From Pseudomonadota bacterium (GTDB lineage: Bacteria > Pseudomonadota > Alphaproteobacteria > Rhizobiales > Devosiaceae): a stretch of DNA of 64,000 nt. Each line of letters starts with the position of its first letter. Within the stretch, counting starts at the first letter, position 1. The position numbers were made by a program, and so were the translations under genes. The stretch is taken from assembly GCA_023393475.1 (NCBI GenBank), contig JAEWLC010000072.1, positions 31,586-95,585 on the forward strand, read 5' to 3'. The notes beneath the pieces are model-generated. The model did not search any database and was not told the origin of the DNA. It saw only the letters and a program-made list of their open reading frames with translations. This document shows, in pieces, positions 31,458-42,821 of this stretch.

Positions 31458-32045
31458 TTACTCCGCGGGGGAGGAGGAAATCGTGTCCCCGGACGCCGAC
31501 TTTGCCGGCGATTTTGCGGATTTATCCGCCTTTCCGCCCTTTCCGATCAGCTTGGTCTGGGCCGAGACGCGATCGATATAGGCAAGGAACAGGGCGGAGG
31601 CGACGAATGCCAGGTGGATCAGCGTGTACCACATCAGGTGTTCGCTGGTCTGAGTTCCGACGTTGAGGAAAATCTGGAGCAGGTGGATCGACGAGATGGC
31701 GACGATGGTCGAGGCCACCTTGATCTTCAGCGAGCCGGCGTCGATTTCGCCGAGCCAGTGCACGGAAGCGTCGTCATCGAAGCGCGAGACGTAGTTCTCG
31801 TAGCCGGAAATGATGACCATGACCACTAGGCTGGCGACGAGCGCCGCGTCGATGAGGCCCAGCATTTTGAGGATCGCGTCGGACTCTTCGATGTTGAAGA
31901 CGTGGGTGACGAAATCCCACAGCTTCACACCGAAGGTGGCCGCGTAGACGGCGAGGGCGAGCGCTAGCCCGAGATAGAACAGGACCAGCAGCCAGCGCGA
32001 GGCGAGGATCACACCTTCGATGATGAGTTCGAGACGCTTGGGCAT
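31458..32045 (-). CDS. UPF0114/YqhA (TIGR00645) family membrane protein
   Basis: 'ASRWLL...LGLIDAAL...ISGYENYVS...LKIKVASTIVAISSIHLL'. Confidence 0.88.
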   Translation of the reverse strand: MPKRLELIIEGVILASRWLLVLFYLGLALALAVYAATFGVKLWDFVTHVFNIEESDAILKMLGLIDAALVASLVVMVIISGYENYVSRFDDDASVHWLGEIDAGSLKIKVASTIVAISSIHLLQIFLNVGTQTSEHLMWYTLIHLAFVASALFLAYIDRVSAQTKLIGKGGKADKSAKSPAKSASGDTISSSPAE

Positions 32046-32161
32046 GCTGGCTCCGGTTGTTGGTCGGTGCAAGGGATAGCGGAAACCGCCGTGGTGGCAA
32101 GTGGATCGGGTGCCGCAGGGGGGGAGCTGCTGTTACCAGGGCTCGCATCGGCCTTAGGAGC

Positions 32162-32194
32162 AAAAGAAAGGGCCGGGAGTGATCCCGGCCCTTC
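32162..32194 (-). terminator. Intrinsic terminator of the OmpA-family gene
   Basis: AAGGGCCGGGA-GTGA-TCCCGGCCCTT with an A-tract on its left (U-tract on the minus strand). Confidence 0.75.
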
Positions 32195-32212
32195 CTGTCT
32201 CATGCGCCGAAC

Positions 32213-34726
32213 TCAGTTGTTGGCGACGGTGACCAGCGGGGTGATGCGCTTGAGCACCACGCGGCGGTTGATCGGCTCGGCCAGATCCGTCTTCACCTTC
32301 AGGTAGCGCTCGCCGTAGCCCTGGGTGACCAGGTTCTCCGGCGGCACGTCGTAGAAGTCGGTGAGGATGCGGGCGACCGTGGAGGCACGGGCGTCCGACA
32401 GGATGAGGTTGGACTGGTCGCTACCCACGGCATCGGTGTGGCCTTCGATGAGGAACACCTCGCCTGGGTTCTTCTCGAGCAGCTTCAGCATGGCGTTGGC
32501 CACCTTGCTGAGGGCGCCGACCTGGGTACGCGAGATGGTCGCGGCACCGGTGTCGAAGGTGAGGCTACCCACTTCGATGCGGCGCACCGAGTCACGCAGG
32601 CGGGCAGACCGCTTCACGTCCTCGATCGTGTAGATCTTCTTCACGCGCTCCACCGGCGGCTCGGCGAAGAAGCCCTCGACGTCGTCCTCGTCGGCATAGT
32701 CGGCGTCGAGCACGTAGTCGCGGATCGGGATCGTCAGACGCAGCGGGGGCAGGTCGTCGCCCGGGTCGCGCCAGTTGTTGAAGTAGTCGTCATCGTCGTA
32801 GTTGTCCTCGTCGTAGTAGGCGAGGATGTACTCACGGCCGTCGGGCATGATGCGCGAGCGCTTGAGCACGTTGCCCCAGCGATCGCGGATGGTGACGATC
32901 TGCACGCCATTCGGACGCTCGATCGTTTCCTTCACACGGCCGCCCGGCAGGCGCTGGTAGTAGACCTCGTCCTCATCGCTGTCGCGGATGCGGTCGAAAT
33001 CCTGGGCCGGGTTCGAGATCACCAGGTTGACGCCAATCTGGAAGATGAAGCCGGAGTTCGTGTAGTTGTTGCCCCCGCCCTGGCCATCCGGACGACCCGG
33101 ACGCGGGCCACCACCCTGGTTACCACCCTGACCACCACCATTGTTGATGGTCGTGTTGTTGGTGGTGTTGTTCACCGTGGTGTTGGTGGTGGTCGTGTTG
33201 GTGACGTTCGTCACGTTGTTGATGATGGTGACGTTCTGCGGCACTTCGACCGGCGGTAGGGCAGCGAAGTCGATCTGCTCGCCCTGGGTCTTGGCCAGCG
33301 ATTCCACCTGAACCGGCGCGATGTCGGCCTGGGCGGCCTTGTCGTCGGTCGGGGGTGGGGCAGCCGGCTCGGCCGGCGGCTGGGGCTGCTCCGGCGGAGT
33401 GTTGCCGGTCGCGATGTCGCTCGAGACGTCCTTGGCGCTGTCGAGCACGAAGGCAGCCGCTTCCGGCGCAACGTTCTCAGGCAGCACTTCGGTCGCCTGC
33501 GGCGTCACTTCCTCGTTGGCACCCGGCAGTTCCGCGATCGGCGGCTGGGCCGGCGTTGCGGCGGGCACTTCGGGGACGGGCGGCAGGGTGATGCCGTTGT
33601 CCGCCAGGCACTGCGCGATGTCGTTGGTGCCAAGAGCCGCACAGATCTGGGCGAACTGGTTGTTGGCCGCGTCGATGGTCGACTGGCCGGCCGGATCGCC
33701 GTTCTGCAGCTGGCCGATGCCGACATTGTAGAGTTCGACCGCAGTGCCAAGCTGGTCGAGTGCGGCCTGCTGCGGGTTCGCCGCATCGGCGTCGGCGGGG
33801 ACATCGGTCGGGCCGACTTCAGCCGGCTGCTCGGCAGCAGGCTGTTCGGTCGCGGGCTGCTCAGCCGGCTGTTCGGCGGCAGGCTGCTCGGCCGGAACGG
33901 CGGGCTCTTCAGCCGCGGGCGCCGGCGGGGGCGGCAGCGGCGGGAGTTCCTGGCCGATGCACGACTGGATGTCTGGGTAGCCGTTGTCGGTGCAGAGCTG
34001 CTGGATCTTGGCAGCGGCCGTGTCGGCCTGCGCCTTGGCAGCGTCGTAGTCGGTCGCGGCGAGGTTCAGGGCAGCCTGGTAGTCATCGACTGCGGCCTGA
34101 AGCTCGGCGACAAAGGCGGCCTGCGCGTCGGTTGCGGCCTGCGCTTCGGCAGCGGCCTTTGCGTCTGCCTCAGCCTGTGCGTCAGCGGCTGCCTTTGCGT
34201 CGGCCTCGGCCTGTGCGTCGGCAGCAGCTTTGGCGTCTGCCTCGGCCTGTGCGTCGGCGGCTGCCTTTGCGTCGGCCTCAGCCTGAGCTTCGGCGGCAGC
34301 CTTTGCGTCTGCCTCGGCCTGAGCTTCGGCGGCGGCCTTGGCATCGGCCTCAGCCTGCGCCTCGGCGGCGGCCTTGGCGTCGGCTTCGGCCTGTGCCTCG
34401 GCGGCAGCCTTTGCGTCCGCCTCGGCCTGTGCCTCGGCAGCGGCCTGAGCCTCCGCGGCAGCCTGGGCGTCAGCGTCGGCCTGCGGGTCCGCAACTGGCT
34501 GCCCACCACCGGTGATGGCGGCGATACATTCCTGGACGCTGGAATAGCCGTTCACGATGCAGGCCTCGGTGAGGGCCTGCTCGGCGTTGGAGATGGCATC
34601 TGCGTCGCCCGAGGCCTGCGCGTCCTGAAGGGCCTGGTATTCGGCCTGCTGGGCAAACGCGGCGCTTGGGACCAATGCGAGAACCGCGAGACTGGTGCCC
34701 GTAAGGAGCCAGTTTCGAATGCGCAT
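32213..34726 (-). CDS. Large secreted OmpA-family (peptidoglycan-binding) protein with long low-complexity/repeat region
   Basis: Signal peptide; C-terminal '[12 protein letters not shown]...NLILSDARA...GYGERYL...NRRV'. Start ATG 34726. Confidence 0.88.
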   Translation of the reverse strand: MRIRNWLLTGTSLAVLALVPSAAFAQQAEYQALQDAQASGDADAISNAEQALTEACIVNGYSSVQECIAAITGGGQPVADPQADADAQAAAEAQAAAEAQAEADAKAAAEAQAEADAKAAAEAQAEADAKAAAEAQAEADAKAAAEAQAEADAKAAADAQAEADAKAAADAQAEADAKAAADAQAEADAKAAAEAQAATDAQAAFVAELQAAVDDYQAALNLAATDYDAAKAQADTAAAKIQQLCTDNGYPDIQSCIGQELPPLPPPPAPAAEEPAVPAEQPAAEQPAEQPATEQPAAEQPAEVGPTDVPADADAANPQQAALDQLGTAVELYNVGIGQLQNGDPAGQSTIDAANNQFAQICAALGTNDIAQCLADNGITLPPVPEVPAATPAQPPIAELPGANEEVTPQATEVLPENVAPEAAAFVLDSAKDVSSDIATGNTPPEQPQPPAEPAAPPPTDDKAAQADIAPVQVESLAKTQGEQIDFAALPPVEVPQNVTIINNVTNVTNTTTTNTTVNNTTNNTTINNGGGQGGNQGGGPRPGRPDGQGGGNNYTNSGFIFQIGVNLVISNPAQDFDRIRDSDEDEVYYQRLPGGRVKETIERPNGVQIVTIRDRWGNVLKRSRIMPDGREYILAYYDEDNYDDDDYFNNWRDPGDDLPPLRLTIPIRDYVLDADYADEDDVEGFFAEPPVERVKKIYTIEDVKRSARLRDSVRRIEVGSLTFDTGAATISRTQVGALSKVANAMLKLLEKNPGEVFLIEGHTDAVGSDQSNLILSDARASTVARILTDFYDVPPENLVTQGYGERYLKVKTDLAEPINRRVVLKRITPLVTVANN
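34157..34444 (-). repeat. Eight tandem 36-bp coding repeats (AAA[E/D]AQAEADAK)
   Basis: DAK codons recur with a 36-bp period; synonymous positions differ between copies. Confidence 0.9.
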
Positions 34727-34960
34727 GGGTTTTGTCCTTTTCTTGGAGTCAGTTGCTTGAGAAGTGACGCTGTCCTGCTGAACCGAACCTGAACGGCCGG
34801 CAGACCTTCTGCAGTGTGGTGACATTCCCCCGTCGGGCCCCAACGCCCTCGGCGAGTCGGGGTTCCCGGTAACTCGGACAGGAAGGGCTAATCGTGGCAT
34901 GAGTGCGACACCGGGTGGCTATCCGGTCATTCGGTTCGCAAGGCCACTTGGTCGACACGT

Positions 34961-35836
34961 TTGTGGTGCTCTAGGTACGCCATTCTTCTTTTTAGCGTAT
35001 CTGGTTACACGTTGTTTTTAGGCAAGGCCTTCCGGCCTCTGGCGCGCACCCTGACAGGGGTGCGGACACGGTTCTCCCCTCCACGCATGTCTGGCCGGCC
35101 GCATGGCGGCGACCAGCCCCTGGTCGTGTCGCTCACCTCGTATCCGCCGAGGTTCGAGGCTTTGGCGCTGACCATCAAGGCACTGATGCGCCAGACGCTG
35201 AAGCCGGATGCACTGGTGTTGTGGATCGATCGTGAGTCGGTGCGGACCCTGCCGTCGAGCGTTCGCACCCTGGAGCGGCACGGGCTTTCGATCCTGCCGT
35301 GCGACGACGTAGGTCCGTTCAGCAAGATCGTGCACACGCTGGAGGCCTATCCGGAGGCAACCGCCGTCACGGCCGATGACGACTGCTACTATCCGCCGAG
35401 ATGGCTGGAGGGGCTGGTGGCAGCAAGCGCCGGAGCGCCCGGTCGGATCGTCTGCTACAGCGCGCGGCGCATGCTCAGCGACGGATCGGGGGGCCTCGCG
35501 CCCTACGGTGAGTGGCCGCTCCATCGCGGCGGGGAGAGCGACATGCTGCTGCCCAGGGGCACCGCCGGCGTCCTCTATCCGCCAGGGTCCCTCCACCCCG
35601 ATGTGATGGATCTCGACGCGTACCGTCGGTTCTCCCCCAGGGCCGACGACCTGTGGCTGAAATGGATGTCGGCGCGAGCGGGTACGCGCGTGCTCGTGGC
35701 GCCTGATGCGCCCGACCGGTGGTCGTGGCCGGGAACCCAGCGCCAGACGCTGGCCAACGTCAACGTCACTCATGGCGGCAACGATCGACAGATTCGCAAT
35801 CTGGTCGAGGCCTACGGATTGCCGTTCCCGCTCTAG
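34961..35836 (+). CDS. Putative glycosyltransferase (GT-A fold)
   Basis: 'VVSLTSYPPRF', 'VTADDDCYYP' (DxD), 'GVLYPPGSL', 'ADDLW'. Start uncertain. Confidence 0.7.
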   Translation: MWCSRYAILLFSVSGYTLFLGKAFRPLARTLTGVRTRFSPPRMSGRPHGGDQPLVVSLTSYPPRFEALALTIKALMRQTLKPDALVLWIDRESVRTLPSSVRTLERHGLSILPCDDVGPFSKIVHTLEAYPEATAVTADDDCYYPPRWLEGLVAASAGAPGRIVCYSARRMLSDGSGGLAPYGEWPLHRGGESDMLLPRGTAGVLYPPGSLHPDVMDLDAYRRFSPRADDLWLKWMSARAGTRVLVAPDAPDRWSWPGTQRQTLANVNVTHGGNDRQIRNLVEAYGLPFPL

Positions 35837-35934
35837 CCGGCCCGCAGCGTGCCTTGCTGCTTTCGGCGAATACTGGACGAAAGGGTTCGCTTCCGCCTTG
35901 GGGCGGACAGCCCGGCATGGCATTGCTCGGGGCC

Positions 35935-36759
35935 ATGGAACTGATCTCGACATACCTGCCGTTCGTCCTGGGCCTTGCCGCCACGGGTGTCGTGTCCGGC
36001 ATCGCGGCTGGACTGCTCGGCATCGGTGGCGGTGCGATCATCGTTCCGGCCCTGGCCGCGGCGCTGGCGCTGATGGGCTACGACAGCGATGTTGTGCAGC
36101 ATGTCGCGGTCGGGACGTCGCTGGCGATCATCATCCCCACCGGCATCGCCAGCGCCCGGGCGCATGACAAGCGCGGCGCGGTGGACCGGGACGTATTGAA
36201 GCTCTGGGCGCCGGTTATCGTCGCCTCGACGCTGATCGGCGGCCTGATGGCGGGGCTCTACAGCGGCAACGTGCTGCGCGTCGTGTTCGGCGTCATGGCG
36301 CTGTTCATTGCCGCCAACATCCTGCTGCCGTTCCAGGAACGACTGATGGGGCATCTCGGCGGGTCGGCGCTGACCCATCGCATCTCGGCGGCGGTTGTCG
36401 GCTACATCTCTGCGCTGATGGGTGTCGGGGGCGGCTCGCTGAGCGTGCCAACGCTGCATGCGTTCGGCGCGACCATGCACAAGGCGGTGGGCACGGGCGC
36501 CGCGATCGGCGTGTTCATCGCGCTGTCGGGGACGGTGGGCTTCATCATCTCGGGCTGGAGCGTCGAGGGCCGGCCGCCGCTGAGCCTCGGCTTCATCAAT
36601 CTACCCGCGCTGGCGCTGATTGGCGTCATTGCTGCGCTCTGCGCGCCCATCGGTGCGGCGCTGGCACACAGGCTGCAGCAGCGGACGCTGAAACTGGCGT
36701 TCGCGGCCTTCCTCACGTTTGTCGGGCTGAACATGCTGTGGAAGGTGTTCGTGGGGTAG
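35935..36759 (+). CDS. Sulfite exporter TauE/SafE family protein
   Basis: 'AGLLGIGGGAIIVP', 'AVGTSLA', 'GVGGGSLSVP'. Confidence 0.88.
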   Translation: MELISTYLPFVLGLAATGVVSGIAAGLLGIGGGAIIVPALAAALALMGYDSDVVQHVAVGTSLAIIIPTGIASARAHDKRGAVDRDVLKLWAPVIVASTLIGGLMAGLYSGNVLRVVFGVMALFIAANILLPFQERLMGHLGGSALTHRISAAVVGYISALMGVGGGSLSVPTLHAFGATMHKAVGTGAAIGVFIALSGTVGFIISGWSVEGRPPLSLGFINLPALALIGVIAALCAPIGAALAHRLQQRTLKLAFAAFLTFVGLNMLWKVFVG

Positions 36760-36789
36760 GGGCGGACCAAGGCCCGCCCCGACCGGTCC

Positions 36790-37518
36790 TCAGTCGTCGA
36801 GGTCCCAAGTGACCTGGACGTTGATCTGGTAGCTGAGTTCGCCCGTGGCGATCGGGACGGCGCCAGCGGAATCCTGTGCCATGGCCTTCATCATGTAGGG
36901 CTGCGGCGGCTGAACGAAGCCCTGGCCCTCGGTGATGTTGCGGATGCCGCCAAGTTCCTCGCCGGCGATGCCGGCATAGAGCTCGGCCTTCCTCTGCGCG
37001 TCGGCGAAGGCGAGCTTGCGGGCCTCGTCATAGAGCTTGCTCGGATCGGCGAGGGTGAAGCTGATGCCATTGACGGTGTTGGCGCCGACGCTCACCGACT
37101 TGTCGAGCACGCTACCCAGGATCGCCAGGTCGCGAACGCGGACGTTGACGGTGTTGAACACCTGATAGCCGTTGATCTTCGGCGGCAGCTGGTAGCCGTT
37201 AGCGTCTCGGGCATCGGAATAGACATAGTTCGGGTTGACCGAGAAGCCGGACGTCTGGATGTCGCGGGCTTCGATGCCAGCGGCTTTCAGCGTCTCGAGC
37301 AGGTCGGCCATCGCCTTGGTGTTCGCATCGAGCGCTTCCTTGGCGGTAGCGCCCTGGGTGGTCACGCCGGAGTTGATGAAGGCGGTGTCGGGCGCGCCCG
37401 AAACTTCGCCGATGCCGCTGATGGAGATGGTGCCGCTGGTATCCTGCGCCAGGGCAGGGGCCGCGGACAGGGCAGTTGCGAGCAGCAGGGGAATGAGGGC
37501 GGCGGTAAACGGACGCAT
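36790..37518 (-). CDS. SIMPL/DUF541 (BP26-like) periplasmic protein
   Basis: Signal peptide; 'GEVSGAPD.A', 'DIQTSGFSVNP', 'GANTVNGISF', 'A.ADA..KAELYA'. Confidence 0.88.
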   Translation of the reverse strand: MRPFTAALIPLLLATALSAAPALAQDTSGTISISGIGEVSGAPDTAFINSGVTTQGATAKEALDANTKAMADLLETLKAAGIEARDIQTSGFSVNPNYVYSDARDANGYQLPPKINGYQVFNTVNVRVRDLAILGSVLDKSVSVGANTVNGISFTLADPSKLYDEARKLAFADAQRKAELYAGIAGEELGGIRNITEGQGFVQPPQPYMMKAMAQDSAGAVPIATGELSYQINVQVTWDLDD

Positions 37519-37744
37519 GCGTCTCTCCTTGTGGCCTATGGCTGGGTCAGTTTGCCCAGCCAATCGGGTGTTAGTGCGGCGTAGCTGAACGGGAATTGAA
37601 CGCCGCTTCATGACCTTGGACGCCTGCCGCCGGAGCATCCTTGGGAAGGAATCGAACGAAAGTTGGAGGTACGTACCTCGACCCTGACTGGACAGTGTTC
37701 GGAGCGACGGGTTAGGTAGCGGCCGCCAAACCGAGGGGGATGCC

Positions 37745-38899
37745 ATGGCCAATCCGATCGTTCCGACCGAAGGCGTCTTGCTGGGGCGCGCCCGCGTTCC
37801 GGGCCATGACCATCCGCGCGTCGTGACCGTGCGCGACGGCGATGTCATCGACATCACCTCCAAGGACGCACCGACCTCGCGCGACATCGCAGAGCAAGAT
37901 GATCCTGCGGGCTATGTCCGCTCGGTCCAGGGCCCGGTCGTCGGCAGCCTGCACCTGCTGCTCGCCAATTCGTGGTCGGGCAAGATCAACCTCAACGAGG
38001 CCTCGCTGCTGTCGCCGATCGACCTGCAGGCGGTGAAGGCGGCGGGCGTGACGTTCGTCGTGTCGCTGCTCGAGCGCGTGATCGAGGAGCAGGCACGCGG
38101 CGACAAGGCCAAGGCTGACGCCCTGCGCAAGGACATCCTGACCCTGGTGGGTACCGACCTCAGCCAGCTCGAGCCCGGCTCGCCGGCCGCGATGGAGGTC
38201 AAGAAGACCCTGATCGCGCGTGGCGTGTGGAGCCAGTATCTCGAAGTGGGCATCGGGCCGGATGCGGAAATCTTCACCAAGTGCCAGCCCATGGCCTCGG
38301 TGGGCTACGGCGCCGACGTCGGCATCCTGCCGATCTCGGAATGGAACAATCCCGAGCCCGAGCTGGTGATGGTGGTTGCGTCCACCGGCAAGATCGTCGG
38401 CGCGACGCTGGGCAATGACGTGAACCTGCGCGACGTCGAAGGGCGCTCGGCGCTCCTGCTCGGCAAGGCCAAGGACAACAACGCCTCGGCTTCGCTTGGG
38501 CCCTTCATCCGCCTGTTCGACGGCAAGTTCACCATCGAGACGGTCAAGCAGGCCGATATCGCGCTGAGCGTCACCGGCGAGGACGGGTTCGAGCTTACCG
38601 GCGTTTCCAACCTGAGCCAGATCTCGCGCTCCCCGGAAGCGCTGGTGTCGGCCTCGATCGGCCGGCACCATCAGTATCCCGATGGCTTCGTGCTCTACAC
38701 GGGCACCATGTTTGCGCCGGTGAAGGATCGCGGTGGCGCGGGCAAGGGCTTTACCCACAAGGTGGGCGACGTGGTGTCGATCTCGACGCCCTCGCTCGGC
38801 ACGCTCTCCAATACGGTACGCCTCGCAACCGAAGCGGCGCCGTGGACCTATGGCACCAGCCACCTGCTGCGCGACCTCGCCAAGGCCGGCCTGCTGTAG
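37745..38899 (+). CDS. Fumarylacetoacetate-hydrolase family protein, XylX-like (putative 2-keto-3-deoxy-pentonate dehydratase)
   Basis: 'LSPIDLQAVKAAGVTF', 'WNNPEPE', 'GNDVNLRDVEGRSALLLGKAKDN'. Confidence 0.8.
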   Translation: MANPIVPTEGVLLGRARVPGHDHPRVVTVRDGDVIDITSKDAPTSRDIAEQDDPAGYVRSVQGPVVGSLHLLLANSWSGKINLNEASLLSPIDLQAVKAAGVTFVVSLLERVIEEQARGDKAKADALRKDILTLVGTDLSQLEPGSPAAMEVKKTLIARGVWSQYLEVGIGPDAEIFTKCQPMASVGYGADVGILPISEWNNPEPELVMVVASTGKIVGATLGNDVNLRDVEGRSALLLGKAKDNNASASLGPFIRLFDGKFTIETVKQADIALSVTGEDGFELTGVSNLSQISRSPEALVSASIGRHHQYPDGFVLYTGTMFAPVKDRGGAGKGFTHKVGDVVSISTPSLGTLSNTVRLATEAAPWTYGTSHLLRDLAKAGLL

Positions 38900-38990
38900 G
38901 GCGGAACAATAGTCATACTTTTGGTGAGGCGGCCTTGAGAAGGACCCGCCCGCCGTGCATATACACGCAACCTAACGAAGGAAGCACCCC

Positions 38991-40430
38991 ATGACCGAAC
39001 TGCACCAGAACCTCATCAACGGCGAATGGGTCGGCGGCGATGGGGTGGACAACATCAACCCGTCCAACACCAACGAGGTGGTGGGCGTCTACGCCCGCGC
39101 GACCGTAGAGGACACGTTGAACGCCATCGCGGCAGCCAAGGCGGCGTTCCCGGCCTGGTCGCAGTCCGGGATCCTGCAGCGCTGGGAAATCCTGTCGAAG
39201 ACCGCGCACGAGATTTTCGCGCGCAAGCAGGAACTGGGCGAGTTGCTCAGCCGCGAAGAGGGCAAGACGCTGGCCGAGGGCATTGGCGAAGTGACCCGCG
39301 CCGGCCAGATCTTCGAGTTCTTTGCCGGCGAAGTGCTGCGCCTCACGGGCGAGAGCGTACCGTCGGTGCGTCCGGGCGTCGGCGTCGAGATGACCCGCGA
39401 GCCGATTGGCGTGGTAGGCATCATCACGCCGTGGAACTTCCCGATCGCCATTCCGGCCTGGAAGATCGCGCCGGCCATCGCCTACGGCAACACCGTGGTG
39501 TTCAAGCCGGCCGACCTCGTGCCGGGCTGCTCGTGGGCAATCGTGGAGATGCTGAACCGGAACGGGCTGCCCAAGGGCGTGCTGAACCTCGTGATGGGCA
39601 AGGGCTCGGTCGTCGGCCAGACCATGCTCGACAGCAAGGACGTCGTGGCACAGACCTTCACCGGCTCGGTGAACACCGGCCGTCGCCTGGCCGCGGCCAG
39701 CGTCAAGGTGATGCGCAAGTTGCAGCTCGAGCTGGGCGGCAAGAACCCGACCATCGTGCTCGATGACGCCGACCTCGCGGTGGCCGTGGAAAGCACGGCG
39801 CAGAGCGCGTTCTATTCGACCGGCCAGCGCTGCACCGCGTCGTCGCGCCTTATCGTGACGGAAGGCATCCACGACAAGTTCGTCGCGGCGCTGACCGAGC
39901 GCATCCGCAACCTCAAGGTCGGCGACGCGCTCGACAAGAGCACGCAGATCGGCCCGGTGGTCGATCCCGGCCAGCTCAAGCAGGCCACCGACTATATCGA
40001 GATCGGCAAGGGCGAGGGCGCCAAGCTCGTCGCCGGCGGCGATCTCGTGAAGGGTGACAACCCGGGCTACTTCCTGCAGCCGGCGCTGTTCACCGAGGCG
40101 AACAACCAGATGCGCATCTCGCGCGAAGAGATCTTCGGGCCGGTGGCCGCGGTGATCCGCGTGAAGGACTACGAGGAAGCCCTCGCCGTCGCCAACGACA
40201 CCGATTTCGGTCTCTCGGCCGGCATCGTCACCACCTCGCTCAAGTACGCGACGCACTTCAAGCGCAACGCGGAAGCCGGCATGGTGATGGTGAACGTGCC
40301 GACCGCGGGCGTCGATTTCCACGTGCCGTTCGGTGGTCGCAAGGGCTCGAGCTACGGCCCGAAGGAGCAGGGCAAGTACGCTGCCGAGTTCTTCACCCAG
40401 GTGAAGACAGCCTACACTGCCGCGGGGTGA
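38991..40430 (+). CDS. NAD(P)-dependent aldehyde dehydrogenase (alpha-ketoglutaric semialdehyde dehydrogenase-like)
   Basis: 'ITPWNFP', 'FTGS', 'LELGGKNP', 'GQRCTA', 'EEIFGP'. Confidence 0.9.
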   Translation: MTELHQNLINGEWVGGDGVDNINPSNTNEVVGVYARATVEDTLNAIAAAKAAFPAWSQSGILQRWEILSKTAHEIFARKQELGELLSREEGKTLAEGIGEVTRAGQIFEFFAGEVLRLTGESVPSVRPGVGVEMTREPIGVVGIITPWNFPIAIPAWKIAPAIAYGNTVVFKPADLVPGCSWAIVEMLNRNGLPKGVLNLVMGKGSVVGQTMLDSKDVVAQTFTGSVNTGRRLAAASVKVMRKLQLELGGKNPTIVLDDADLAVAVESTAQSAFYSTGQRCTASSRLIVTEGIHDKFVAALTERIRNLKVGDALDKSTQIGPVVDPGQLKQATDYIEIGKGEGAKLVAGGDLVKGDNPGYFLQPALFTEANNQMRISREEIFGPVAAVIRVKDYEEALAVANDTDFGLSAGIVTTSLKYATHFKRNAEAGMVMVNVPTAGVDFHVPFGGRKGSSYGPKEQGKYAAEFFTQVKTAYTAAG

Positions 40431-40454
40431 TCCGGCCGGGACTCATGAGTTCTG

Positions 40455-40489
40455 GGGCCCGTGCGCATGGCGTGCGGGCCCTTTTTCTT
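40455..40489 (+). terminator. Intrinsic terminator
   Basis: GGGCCCG...CGGGCCC hairpin followed by TTTTTCTT. Confidence 0.75.
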
Positions 40490-40611
40490 GCGCGGCAGGC
40501 GTTGAATCTGTTTGGGAAATCGCGCTCAGTTGCACCGCTGCTACAGTATTTTCACGATTGGTGTGGCATCAGCGCGCCGACGCGGGGGGCTTTCGCGTCC
40601 AGGAACTGATA

Positions 40612-41244
40612 ATGCGTTCTATTCTATTGGCCAGCGCCGTTATGCTGGCCGGGGCCGTTGGGGCCCAGGCTGCCGATCTCCTCGTCGAGGAGGCTCCGGT
40701 GGCCCCTGATACCAGCTTCGTCAACAGCGGTATCTATTTCCAGCTGCTGGGCGGGGTCGCCCAGGATCTGGACGTCACCTACTACTGGAACGGCTCGGTC
40801 GACGGCGAGTCCGAGACCGACTTCGGCTACAGCTTCGCGGCGACCGCCGGCGTCGTGGTTGTCGATGGCCTGTCGCTGGAAGCCGATCTGCTCTACTCGT
40901 CGCGGAACTACGCCCACGACAGCGATGACACGTACTCGACGCTCGGCCTGATGGCCAACGCCAAGTACACCGTTGCACTGAACGACACCTTCAGCATCTA
41001 CGGCGCGGTCGGCCTCGGCTATGTGTGGGGCAACGAGGACTGGTCGGGCGGTTCGGCCGACTACGGCAGCTTCGGCTACCAGGTCATCGCCGGCGTTGGC
41101 GCCAAGCTGACGGACAACATCACGGCAGTGGCCGAGTACCGCTTCCAGGACACGTTCGACAATAGCAACTACGAGGGTTCGGGCGACCAGGGCCTGAGCA
41201 TCCCGGTGAGCACCGTTCTCGCCGGCCTGAAGTTCAGCTTCTAG
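40612..41244 (+). CDS. Outer-membrane beta-barrel protein (Omp25/RopB-like 8-stranded family)
   Basis: Signal peptide 'AQAADL', alternating beta strands, 'AEYRF', C-terminal 'GLKFSF'. Confidence 0.8.
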   Translation: MRSILLASAVMLAGAVGAQAADLLVEEAPVAPDTSFVNSGIYFQLLGGVAQDLDVTYYWNGSVDGESETDFGYSFAATAGVVVVDGLSLEADLLYSSRNYAHDSDDTYSTLGLMANAKYTVALNDTFSIYGAVGLGYVWGNEDWSGGSADYGSFGYQVIAGVGAKLTDNITAVAEYRFQDTFDNSNYEGSGDQGLSIPVSTVLAGLKFSF

Positions 41245-41302
41245 GCTCGAACGACGATGAGTTTAGGGCCCGCGCATCTCGTGATGCGCGGGCTCCTTTT
41301 GC

Positions 41303-41860
41303 TTATTCGGGCTTGAGGCCGTAGACGGACACCACGTTGCCCTTCGACGTGGAGAAGCTCTTTTTGAGTTTGAGGCGGGTCACCGGATCGGTGGGCTCGA
41401 ACATGCGCTTGCCCTTGCCGGCGACCACCGGGTGGGTGATCAGCGTCAGTTCCTCGAGCAGACCGGCGAAGAACAGCTGACGGGCCAGCGAGACGCCGCC
41501 CATCACGGCGATTTCGCCGCCGGGCTGGTTCTTGAGGTCGCGCACGAACTCCACGACGTCGCCGGTGATGAGGGTCGAGTTCTGCCAGACCGACAGGTCT
41601 TCCTGCTTCAGCGTGCGGGAGGCGACGTATTTGGGCATGTTGTTGATGAAGGCCCCAAAGTCGGCGTCGGCAGAGGCCGTCGGCCAGTACCCCGCCCATT
41701 CCCGCCAGCCGATGCGGCCCAGGAGGACCGTATCGATCTTCGGCATGGTTTCACCCAGCAGGGCACCGAGTTCGTCGTCGAAGGCATCGAACTGCCACTG
41801 GTCGGGAGACTGGATGACGCCATCGACGGAGTGAAAGAAGCCTGCGGTGAGCTTGCGCAT
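41303..41860 (-). CDS. Dihydrofolate-reductase/RibD C-terminal family protein
   Basis: 'SVDGVI', 'LLGR', 'KYVASRTL', 'GG..LA', 'PVVAGKGKRMF'. Confidence 0.85.
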   Translation of the reverse strand: MRKLTAGFFHSVDGVIQSPDQWQFDAFDDELGALLGETMPKIDTVLLGRIGWREWAGYWPTASADADFGAFINNMPKYVASRTLKQEDLSVWQNSTLITGDVVEFVRDLKNQPGGEIAVMGGVSLARQLFFAGLLEELTLITHPVVAGKGKRMFEPTDPVTRLKLKKSFSTSKGNVVSVYGLKPE

Positions 41861-42044
41861 GGAATGTCCCTTGTTCGTGCCGGTTCCGAGATGGTCACCG
41901 TTCATGAACACGACGAGCGATGGTCGGTGCAATCGACATCGAGGTGAGAAATTCTTCAGAAGCCGACTGGCGTGCTCCGGACGCTGCCATCAGGGTGGCG
42001 GCCGTGCGCACTCGGTGTTGTCCGCCCTCACCGACCCGGCGGGT

Positions 42045-42820
<776 letters not shown>

Positions 42821-42821
<1 letters not shown>

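Noticed and set aside
34157..34444. 36-bp periodic repeats as a possible CRISPR array
   Set aside because: No spacers, in-frame coding repeats with synonymous variation, and no cas genes.
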